DNA of 32,792 nucleotides from contig NC_068989.1 in assembly GCF_001194135.2 (NCBI RefSeq), forward strand, positions 10,869,722 through 10,902,513, written 5' to 3'. Below, piece after piece: positions 22,511 to 32,792 of this stretch (the first letter of the stretch is position 1; each line of letters opens with the position of its first letter). This DNA comes from Octopus bimaculoides (Eukaryota). Both the position numbers and the translations under genes were made by a program. The notes under the pieces were generated by a model. The model saw only the letters and a list, made by a program, of their open reading frames with translations, did not search any database and was not told where the DNA came from.

Positions 22511-23624
22511 ACAGGACACTACTGTGGGGATATAAAACATAAAACAAATGAAAATTTTAAAAATGTATAATATGATAATAATGAAATGGCTGCATTGAAC
22601 CCCGCTTCTCAAGCAGTACCATTTTACTGTTAATTTATACAAATTATGAAAGTTTTCTTTTTTTTTATTTTTACTTCTTTTTTCCCCGTTTTTTTTTAAA
22701 TTTAAATCTATTTCCTTTTCTTTTTTTCCTTTGTTAAAACGTCTATTTTATTTTATTTTTTTCTCTTTTTAAGTACTCCTTTATTACCATTCATTAGAGG
22801 TATTAACTACTTTCGGTAGTTCTTCAAATTCAATTTCTTCCCCCCAAAGGGTTCACATCACCGTCAAATAGTTCTTTCAACCTTGTATACCTTTCCTTGT
22901 CAATCACCACTCCCTTTATGTGTTCCGGGATTTAATCTTTACCTATCCATACTGTTACGCCATTTTTTCCCAGCAAAAGCAGCCTCACGCACCGACGGAC
23001 CGTACTAAATAAGGCAGTTCACTTGAGACTCGCGAATGATTTTTTTTTTCCAATCACCTATCCGCTGCTCCCCTCCTCCTAAAATATTGTGAAAGACGTT
23101 CCAAACACATTATGTCAATGGACCCTTCAATTTATTTTTTAAAGACAGTAGGATGTGAATAGAGGAAGAATTAGTTGATGTTTCTACCAGAGGAAATAAC
23201 CATGCAAAGCTTCACTCTCTGGTTTCTACAATGAGGTAAACTATTATGTTCATATCGATTTGTATTTGTATGTGTGCGTGTTTTTTCCGGTGGATTCAGT
23301 TGTGTTTGGAGGTTGCTGGGTCAATTCTATCTTTCCTTCCTTTGGATACAAATGTTTATTTTTAATCTTAACATATCTTTTCTAATAAAGTGAATGTATT
23401 ATCTATGTGCATAATTATATATCACATATTTATGATAATATTTATGTATGTACATAAATAAACCTTTCGATTCGTATCATTATATAGAATTCAACAATAT
23501 CCACGCGGTTCTTTAAAGAACAACAAAGTCCTGTACAAATCTTATCATATAACCTTCTCTACAATATAGTACGATTAAGATCATCCAAACGCTTTTTCTC
23601 TAGTTATCCTAATGCATGGAAATA

Positions 23625-25085
23625 CAGTAGTGTGCAAATTAATCCGGACAGAATCAAATTTCGTAATATTTTAATATGTCGTAATTTGTGACTAAACTAA
23701 TGAAGTTTTTGTTGTTTTTCATTCAAAATAGTGAAGTAGCAACATCTGGCATCTAATCAGTTGTGGTTTTGCTCTAGCATTTCCTTCCGTGCTACACTAG
23801 AACTCATTCTGTGTTGTTCCTGCGTGCTTTTATTATCAGCCTTTAAATACATGATTGATATCATACCCAGAAAATGTACAAGTATTGTGGCTCTTAGAGA
23901 AAAAGCTAGCTTTAGCATCAGACAGGTTGCTATGAAGAAAATTGCTGCAAAGCTGCATGATAGTGGTGTCAGACGTGGCATGCAGAACATCATATAATAT
24001 GTTTTAGTCTTCTCTTCCGTTTTAAATTGATATACTCATTGCGTTTTTACTCTTCTCTTCTGTTTTACGAATTCTGTGTGCACATGCGCATTGCGTATTC
24101 ATAGTTCTCTTTCTGGTTTCTACTCAAAACTGTTTACTGATCACAACCATCTCATGAACGAGCGCTCCGATAGTTGTGAAAAAGAGTGAATGTGGAAAAG
24201 TCAACTGTTGGTGAAATTATAAAGATAGCTAAAGACACTAGCGCACAAGCAACACTACGCCGAGGAAGATGTGGAAGATGGCGCAAGACAACACCTAACG
24301 ATGATAACGTTTTGATCAGAAATAGCATGAAGGATCCAACGAAAACCAGTAAAGGCCTTCAGAGTGATTTGGCTTCAGCTGGTGTGAATGTTTCGTCTTC
24401 AACTGACCGACGAAGGCTCCTTGAAGCTGGCAGACCTGCCAGAAAGCTGGTACGTAAACACTTATTGACTGCTGTTATGAAGACAAAATGTCTGCGCTGG
24501 GTACGTGATAATGTTGGATGGTAGGCAGAAGAACAGAGAAAAGTAATATATTCTGATGAATCGTATTTTGAAGCGCATGGGTACAGGTCGGTGATAGTGA
24601 GACGGAGCAAAGAGCACATTCAGCAAGCGGTCAGGAAACATTCAACAAGCGACCAAGGCACATTCAACAAGCGCCAAAACACGTACCTTAGGTATATTGT
24701 TTTGGGGTTGCTTTACTGTTGGAGGTCCAGGGAGGGCGGCTTATTAATGTGGAGGGAAGGATAAATAGCGACAAATACAAGGCGATCCAACAGGCTCACT
24801 TACTTCCCGTGATGCAAAGAGATTTTCCTGGTGAAGACGCTATTTCCAGCAGGATCTCGTTCCAGACAAGGTGAAATAAGCGTCCTCAATTGGTCTGGAA
24901 ATTCTCCAGGTATCAACCCTATTAAAAACCTATGAGTTATAATCAAACGCAGAATCGAAAAGATGACTGTTCGACGATGCAAAAGTTACTTTGTGCTGTT
25001 ATTAAGACTTGTTACCATGACGAAGAACTGAAAAAAATGTGTTCAACATTGGTAGATTCTATGCCAAACAGTGTGAAAATATTTA
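23625..25085 (+). mobile_element. Decayed Tc1/mariner (Tc1-like DD34E) DNA transposon; left TIR present, right end missing
   Basis: TA+CAGTAGTGTGCAAATTAATCCGGACA TIR-like start. Interrupted transposase: PRKCTSIVALREKASFSIRQVA / VNVEKSTVGEIIK (HTH), GRCGRWRKTT (GRPR-like), YSDES (D1), FWGCFT, FQQD (D2), WSGNSPGINPIKNL (SPDLNPIE with E>K), LVDSMP. Multiple stops and frameshifts. Confidence 0.9.
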
Positions 25086-25087
25086 TA

Positions 25088-25125
25088 CGGTAGTGAAGTG
25101 AAAGCACGCTATAAAAATAGAACTA

Positions 25126-25164
<39 letters not shown>
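25088..25164 (+). mobile_element. 5'-truncated non-LTR retrotransposon 3' end with (AAT)n tail, copy 1
   Basis: GGTAGTGAAGTGAAAGCACGCTATAAAAATAGAACTACTG+(AAT)n; second copy at 25799-25887; the Tc1 relic ends at this point. Confidence 0.7.
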
Positions 25165-25165
<1 letters not shown>

Positions 25166-25174
25166 TACATTTTT

Positions 25175-25798
<624 letters not shown>

Positions 25799-25887
25799 CA
25801 AGGCACACAGAGCTATGCTCAGTAGTGCAGTGAAAGCACGTGATAAAAATATGACTACTGAATAATAATAAGAAGAAGAAGAAGAAT
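25799..25887 (+). mobile_element. 5'-truncated non-LTR retrotransposon 3' end with (AAT)/(AAG)n tail, copy 2
   Basis: AGTAGTGCAGTGAAAGCACGTGATAAAAATATGACTACTGAATAATAATAA matches 25088-25140. Confidence 0.7.
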
Positions 25888-26201
25888 AGGCATGTCGTTA
25901 GCGAGTGCCTAAAATTGGCACAACGTGATTATAGAAGACCATGATGATGTGGAAAGACTGATCCATTGGGAGATCTGCGCCTATATTTATGATATATATG
26001 ATATATATAAACGATGATGTATATAAATTCTCTTTATTATTTTCCGTAGCAATTACTATTGTAAGAATTGTTACCATTTTCATTTGTCATATTCTAAATA
26101 TCTCTGTTTAAGTATATGTGCTTAAATATGCTTTAACTAATTTAAGAAACGTCGTGGCCCGATTAAGAAAAAAAAAAGAAAAATGCTGACCTGTTTTGTA
26201 G

Positions 26202-26332
26202 TCTTTGATGAAGATATTTTCGTGTCTCCCTATCGATTTCTGCTTCTTTGGTATCATTAATGTATCCAAGTATGTTATAATGCACAAATCTCCCAAATTT
26301 ACTGTGGCCTTAGTTCAGAAATTATTCCTGCC
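26202..26332 (+). CDS. Candidate exon of unknown product
   Basis: GCTGAC branch motif, CTGTTTTGTAG acceptor, CC|GTAAGT donor. One frame is open (SLMKIFSCLPIDFCFFGIINVSK...); the alternative frame FDEDIFVSPYRFLLL would need an internal donor. Confidence 0.3.
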
Positions 26333-26890
26333 GTAAGTACTTCATATATATCGCTGAATTCACGTGTACTATTTCAATATAGGTTTCTCGTGTTATCACT
26401 TTACAAATATTCAAGCACCTTCAGTCATTCAGAATATTTCTGTCATTGAATTTGAGGGATTCCTTCAACCGTTTATTTTCAGCAATTAGTTATATATTAG
26501 TTATAAAAGGATTTTAGCGATCTCTTTAACATAACATTTGGAATAAGGAAATCAATGTATTTTTTTAAATATTGTTCCAGTCCCCACCCCCGTCTCTCTC
26601 ATTCTACCTCTCCCACGTTATCTTCTTTCTTTCTCTCTCTCAGTCAAAAACTTAAGCTGCTACTGCTCTGTCCATTTTCATATATATTAATATCAGTGTT
26701 TAATTGCACACACTATATCTATAAGTTGTTAATGGAATGAAACATCCGGTTTTTTTGGCCCTTATCATTTTCGCTTTCGGTATTCATTTCTGCCTCAGGG
26801 ACTCATCAGATACGTCTATAATACTCCTTTGGGAATCTCTTTACTAAAATGTGTTATTTTGAGCTGTTCACAAAGCATGTGTGTATGTGT

Positions 26891-26934
<44 letters not shown>

Positions 26935-27100
26935 TTGTGTGTGTAAGAGTGCGTGGGTGTGTACTGTCAAAAATAACGGTATTTCAAAATGAATAAGTTA
27001 AAACTGTCATACATCGATAAAACATACATTCCATATATATTTGATCTTTTCAAAAAGTAATTTAAAGCATTGAAGCGTAAGAGAATTAAATATGAAGGAA

Positions 27101-27125
27101 AGGGTTAGGGTTAGGGTTAGGGTTA
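27101..27125 (+). repeat. Short interstitial (TTAGGG)n tract
   Basis: AGGG-TTAGGG-TTAGGG-TTAGGG-TTA. Confidence 0.85.
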
Positions 27126-27506
27126 TATAAATTGTTTTAATCTTTTATTGAGATTAAAACAATAGAAATTTTCTTTAATTGTTGAAGATCTCTTTAACCG
27201 CTATTCAATTAAATAACCGGTGACCCAGTTCCATTAAAAATCACATCGATGCATTCATATATTCAAAATGTATTCATATTCATGACATATGCCAAAGAAT
27301 GCAGAAATGTCTGTGGAGTTTACTGCTCGCAGTTTAGTTTAATCTTTGGCTCATGTCAAAGTGGTATCACCAACAAAATCTCTTGAAAAATTTCGTCTCT
27401 AAAAGGAGTTGAACTCCTGTCCCTGTTCGTTACTTCTACTACTGAACTTCAGGAAATATAATTATTTAAATAATAAATATGAATCAACAATTGTGTGTGT
27501 GTGTGT

Positions 27507-27559
<53 letters not shown>

Positions 27560-28190
27560 TGTGTGTGTGTATTATTTGGTCCAGTGCAAAACTACAAAGT
27601 AAATTTTTTTAAATTTCCTGCATGAGATATTTCTGTTTACTTTCACCATTTCAACATTTGATATGTGCGAGTAGGTTTATATTTGTTTGTGTATGTGCAT
27701 GCATATGTTTGTGTGTGTGTGTTTGTGTGTATGTGTGTGCGGTGTATATGTGTGTGCGGTGTATATGTGTATGTGCATGTGCCTATGTGTGTGTGTATGT
27801 GTGTGTGTGTGCGTACATTTCACTGAGAAAAAATATTATTCCAGATTGCAACTGTGAGTGAGAAACAGAAAATGAATATATTAATAATTTTTAAACTTTT
27901 CTGGTATGAGAGATTCCCGTTTATTTTAGATATTTCATTATTTCATGTATGTGTGTACGCGTGTATCTGAAAATGTATGCACGTGTAAGTGTGTATGCCT
28001 CTCTTCACCTCTCTCTTTTACTCTCTCCCTTTCTGTCTTTCCATGTTTTCAATCTTACTTTTTCATTCTTCTCTCGCTCTTGTCTACTATTTCACTGTCC
28101 TCTGCATTACACTTGGTACAACCATGAATTTCTAACTTTCTAACATTGTGCATAGGATCAATATCTTACATAAAGATTTACGTATATATA

Positions 28191-28191
28191 T

Positions 28192-28263
<72 letters not shown>
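28191..28263. repeat. (TA)n-(GA)n compound microsatellite
   Basis: Direct reading. Confidence 0.95.
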
Positions 28264-28267
<4 letters not shown>

Positions 28268-28808
28268 TAGATGTGAGCACACATGTGCACAACGAAGTGG
28301 ACAAAATGAGATATATATATAGATATATAGATATATACGTGTGTGTGTGTGTTTGTGCATTACTTCTTTGTATATAATATACATCATATATAAAATGCCC
28401 AATGAGAACTAAATTACTTTCATTTCAACATCAAGAAGTGCATAGTCATTTAAAATCTCTACACACCACCCACCCACCCACCAAAATTTTTTGATGTGAT
28501 GGTATTCCACAAAAGTTTATTAGCAAGCTTGCGTTTGAATTAATCAGACCTTCAATTTATATTTTTCTTTTGGTTTTGAATCTGACACATTTCTGTCAAG
28601 TCAGAAATTTACCAAGTTACTCCCTATATATATATATATATATAGAAAGACGTAAGCATCAGAGGTCCTCCATATAAAAAGAAGTTGGCATCTTATATAA
28701 AACTAATTGCAGACAAATTAATTTATTAAATACATGGAATAAACCATTTGTATACATTATAAGAAAATATATTTCATATCATTTAACTTGAAATGAACTT
28801 TACACATT

Positions 28809-29300
28809 CATCAACGTGGATTTGAACCAAATCACTCTGCAAAAACTGTCGAGATATTGGACAAAAGTAATAGATAACAATGATATTATTATTATTTTCA
28901 TTAATAAAACGAAAGCATTCAATTGTATTAGCCACAGAAAACTCATATGAATAATGCAATAGTATCAATATATAACACAAAAATTACTCAAACATTCTTT
29001 ATTTAGCAGGATTCAATTTTATTGAAGCTAGTTATTCATTATGCATTCCAGTTTACAGTGGTGTTCTTCAAAGCGGTATTTTGAGTCCAGTTTCTCTTTC
29101 TCGTTTATATCAATGATATGTCATTATTTATCAAGTTAGTCTCATTTGAAATAATATAGAAAGAATACTAAATTATATATTTCTTGTCATGGATATACAA
29201 CGAATAAGAATTTAAAGTATGATTTCGAAAATATTATTCGTTGAAGGATTTCAGCTCAAATTAAAGATGTCATGTCTAAATGAACTCCATCATATTTTGG
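28809..29300 (+). mobile_element. Highly decayed CR1/L2-type LINE reverse transcriptase fragment
   Basis: Ordered motifs across frameshifts: HQRGF; WTKVIDNNDIIIIFINKTKAFNCISHRKLI (cf. YLDFSKAFDSVSH); PVYSGVLQSGILSP / LFLVYINDM (cf. [21 protein letters not shown]); LKYDFENIIR* (cf. LQxDLDxLxxW). Confidence 0.8.
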
Positions 29301-29829
29301 GTATGGTAATTCTAAAAAAAAAAGTGCTGGGGGAGATACTAGTGGTATTGGTGGTGGTGAAGTGAAATGATCTAAGATTATAAAAGACAGGGGGAAGTAG
29401 ATAACAGTGACATTGACGGAGTTGGTCGCGATTGCTTAACAGTGAAAGTGAAGTAAATGTTAGTAATTGTGGCATGGATTGCACATATATACTCGTAACG
29501 GGAGTATAAGAGTAAATAAATATACAATGAGATGGATAGACAGACAGACAGACAGACTGAAAGAAAGAAAGGAATATATATGTATGAAAGTAGAGAGACA
29601 GACGAATAGATAGATAGATTATTTATCAAATATATACACGGAATATATTCAATGTTGAATTTTTATTCCTGTCTCCACATGGGTAACAGAAGCAACCCGG
29701 AAGTATTCCCGCTTCTTTGATGAAGATATATACAGATAAACTTCATTCCCTTTACTCTGTCGGATACGTAGTGTGTTCGTTTTTGGTGAGGTGAGAATTC
29801 TGTTTATTTATATATATTTTTGGGACAAT

Positions 29830-29891
29830 ACTGTGCTGATGAACGAAATCTAGATTCATTCTAGTAATCGCGAAATCGGCCGATACACAGT
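29830..29891 (+). ncRNA. Minimal type I hammerhead ribozyme motif with palindromic stem III
   Basis: Stem I ACTGTG/CACAGT; core CTGATGA; stem II CGA/TCG plus CTAGA/TCTAG; GAAA; palindrome ATCGGCCGAT; AUA cleavage triplet. One defect: an A.C pair at 10.1-11.1. Confidence 0.75.
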
Positions 29892-30498
29892 TAAGTTTAT
29901 TTAAAAGAAAGTTGGTCGTCTTCTGTTGGTTGTTTTTCCTCNNNNNNNNNNNNNNNNNNNNNNNNNNNNNNNNNNNNNNNNNNNNNNNNNNNNNNNNNNN
30001 NNNNNNNNNNNNNNNNNNNNNNNNNNNNNNNNNNNNNNNNNNNNNNNNNNNNNNNNNNNNNNNNNNNNNNNNNNNNNNNNNNNNNNNNNNNNNNNNNNNN
30101 NNNNNNNNNNNNNNNNNNNNNNNNNNNNNNNNNNNNNNNNNNNNNNNNNNNNNNNNNNNNNNNNNNNNNNNNNNNNNNNNNNNNNNNNNNNNNNNNNNNN
30201 NNNNNNNNNNNNNNNNNNNNNNNNNNNNNNNNNNNNNNNNNNNNNNNNNNNNNNNNNNNNNNNNNNNNNNNNNNNNNNNNNNNNNNNNNNNNNNNNNNNN
30301 NNNNNATACACACACACATAAATGCATATATACATACATATATATGTAAATATAAATTATTATTATTATATTTATTATTATTATTATTATTATTATTAAT
30401 TCATTCCATTCATTTTAGTATAAAATTATATTCCCATATTGTATTGAAACAATCGTAACTACAGAATTAGAGATAGTACCATGGATTCCAGTCTTTGA

Positions 30499-30539
<41 letters not shown>

Positions 30540-30689
30540 TATAGAGAGAAAGAGGGAAAGTGAAATAGATAGATAGATAGATATAAATGAATACTGTAAA
30601 AGACAGATACTGTCTGAATTACAGGAAATGAACTGTAACCATGAGCTTTTCCTTCCGTCATTGACACATGCACTGACGTATGTTTTCGT

Positions 30690-30803
30690 GTGAGAGTATG
30701 TGCGCGTGTATACACACATAGAGATATATATGTACATGTGTTTGTATGTGTATGTGTGTGTTTGTGTGTATGTATGTGTATATGTATGTATACATACATG
30801 CAT

Positions 30804-30843
<40 letters not shown>

Positions 30844-30922
30844 GCGTTGTGGGTTTGCTTAGATATATACATACTACATATACATAATACATATATATGT
30901 GCATACACACACATACACATAT

Positions 30923-30968
<46 letters not shown>

Positions 30969-31022
30969 TTACACACACACTTACACACACATATATATGT
31001 ATACACACACACATATACATGT
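30690..31022. repeat. Compound TG/TA/CA microsatellite cluster
   Basis: Direct reading. Confidence 0.9.
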
Positions 31023-31026
31023 ACAT

Positions 31027-31217
31027 CTTTACTCTTTTTCTTGTGTTAGTCATTACACTGCGGCCATGCTGGGGCAACGCTTTGAAGAAAGTAAGTCAGA
31101 CAAATCAGCCCCAGTACTTATTTCTTCAATCCTGGTCCTTTTTTCTGTCGGACTGCCAAGTTACGGGGGTGCAAACAAACCGACACGGGTTATCAAGGAG
31201 CGGAGGGGTGAAACTCA
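31027..31217 (-). mobile_element. Old 3' half of SINE family A
   Basis: CTGCGGCCATGCTGGGGCAACGC...CCCCAGTACTTATT...CCAAGTTACGGGGGTGCAAACAAACCGACAC. Confidence 0.7.
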
Positions 31218-31557
31218 CTAATACAAAGATATATCTTAGGTGTGGCAGTTCCAGTTGTGGAACTTGTGAGCACTCAACTTATAAATTTACATCAGGACAA
31301 TTATTTTACTATGAGAAACCATTTTACTTGTTCTTTAAAATATTTAATATATGCCATCAAAAGCCATAGATGCAGAGAAGACTACATTGAGCAATATTAA
31401 CTCACTTTAAGAATCAAATAAAATATAAACCGTCAACAAATAAGCTATCCCAAAATTAGAGAAATCCCTCTTAGTGAACATCTTGACACATGAGCGCAAA
31501 CAAAGTCTTCCATATTTCTTGTCTTTCTACTCTATTAACGCGCAAGCAATACTCTAG

Positions 31558-31609
<52 letters not shown>

Positions 31610-32343
31610 NNNNNNNNNNNNNNNNNNNNNNNNNNNNNNNNNNNNNNNNNNNNNNNNNNNNNNNNNNNNNNNNNNNNNNNNNNNNNNNNNNNNNNNNNNN
31701 NNNNNNNNNNNNNNNNNNNNNNNNNNNNNNNNNNNNNNNNNNNNNNNNNNNNNNNNNNNNNNNNNNNNNNNNNNNNNNNNNNNNNNNNNNNNNNNNNNNN
31801 NNNNNNNNNNNNNNNNNNNNNNNNNNNNNNNNNNNNNNNNNNNNNNNNNNNNNNNNNNNNNNNNNNNNNNNNNNNNNNNNNNNNNNNNNNNNNNNNNNNN
31901 NNNNNNNNNNNNNNNNNNNNNNNNNNNNNNNNNNNNNNNNNNNNNNNNNNNNNNNNNNNNNNNNNNNNNNNNNNNNNNNNNNNNNNNNNNNNNNNNNNNN
32001 NNNNNNNNNNNNNNNNNNNNNNNNNNNNNNNNNNNNNNNNNNNNNNNNNNNNNNNNNNNNNNNNNNNNNNNNNNNNNNNNNNNNNNNNNNNNNNNNNNNN
32101 NNNNNNNNNNNNNNNNNNNNNNNNNNNNNNNNNNNNNNNNNNNNNNNNNNNNNNNNNNNNNNNNNNNNNNNNNNNNNNNNNNNNNNNNNNNNNNNNNNNN
32201 NNNNNNNNNNNNNNNNNNNNNNNATATATATATATATAATATTAGGGATAAAAATCTAAATTTACAGGTAAAAACTCAATTAACTTCAATTTATCAAATA
32301 TTAAAATTAAATTAAGTTTCACTTCTTAATACATATTTATCGT

Positions 32344-32422
32344 GCATTTACTTATTAATCTTTCTATATGTGACTGTGGATTTTCATGGATGAGTTTATG
32401 ACCTTTGGCTCTTTTCTCTAAA
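32344..32422 (+). repeat. Interspersed repeat end, copy 2
   Basis: Matches 17921-18000. Confidence 0.8.
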
Positions 32423-32423
32423 A

Positions 32424-32661
32424 CTATATATATATATTTATATATATATGTATATGTATATATATGTATATGTATATATGTATATATGTATATATATATG
32501 TATATATATATATATGTATATATATGTATATGTATATATATATATATGTATATATATGTATATGTATATATATATATGTATATATATATATGTATATGTA
32601 TATATATATATGTATATATATATATGTATATATATATGTATATATATATGTATATATATAT
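32424..32661. repeat. (TA)n array punctuated by G (TATATATG-type units)
   Basis: Direct reading. Confidence 0.95.
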
Positions 32662-32792
32662 AGTTATCGCCAAGCCAACATGGCAGTCCCAAAATTAGGA
32701 CGAAAGCTGCCGTGAATTAGCTCCAAGAAGCCATCGCCTCTAGCTAGCTATGTGACACACGAACCTGTGTCCTTTATAACCTTCGAACAGGG

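Noticed and set aside
24553-24559. CTGATGA hammerhead-like word
   Set aside because: These are the S-D-E codons of the Tc1 catalytic motif; no GAAA or stems follow
24616-24673. Repeat-spacer pattern as a CRISPR array
   Set aside because: 14-bp repeats and 8-bp spacers are far too short, there are only three units, and the context is a eukaryotic transposon

Overview
AT-rich, repeat-dense eukaryotic genomic DNA from a gapped draft assembly. It has 11 N-gaps, most flanked by (TA)n/(TG)n. The SINE families resemble those I recall from octopus, so the source is most likely a coleoid cephalopod (inference). Almost every ORF in the supplied track is a microsatellite or gap artefact. Supportable content: (1) two phase-compatible + strand exons (5596-5672, 6011-6078) encoding a TRPC-like channel pore loop, which suggests much of the window is intronic; (2) many tRNA-derived SINE copies, three with clear target-site duplications; (3) a decayed Tc1/mariner transposon (23625-25085) with nested insertions; (4) a CR1/L2-type reverse transcriptase relic (28809-29300); (5) an intronless, stop-free 63-codon piece of a UBE2D ubiquitin-conjugating enzyme (25273-25461, minus strand) embedded inside a repeat; (6) a near-complete minimal type I hammerhead ribozyme (29830-29891) plus several decayed hammerhead-like motifs, of the kind carried by Penelope-like elements and retrozymes. 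Items 1, 5 and 6 are not evident from the ORF track. All family assignments come from manual reading and memory, not database searches.
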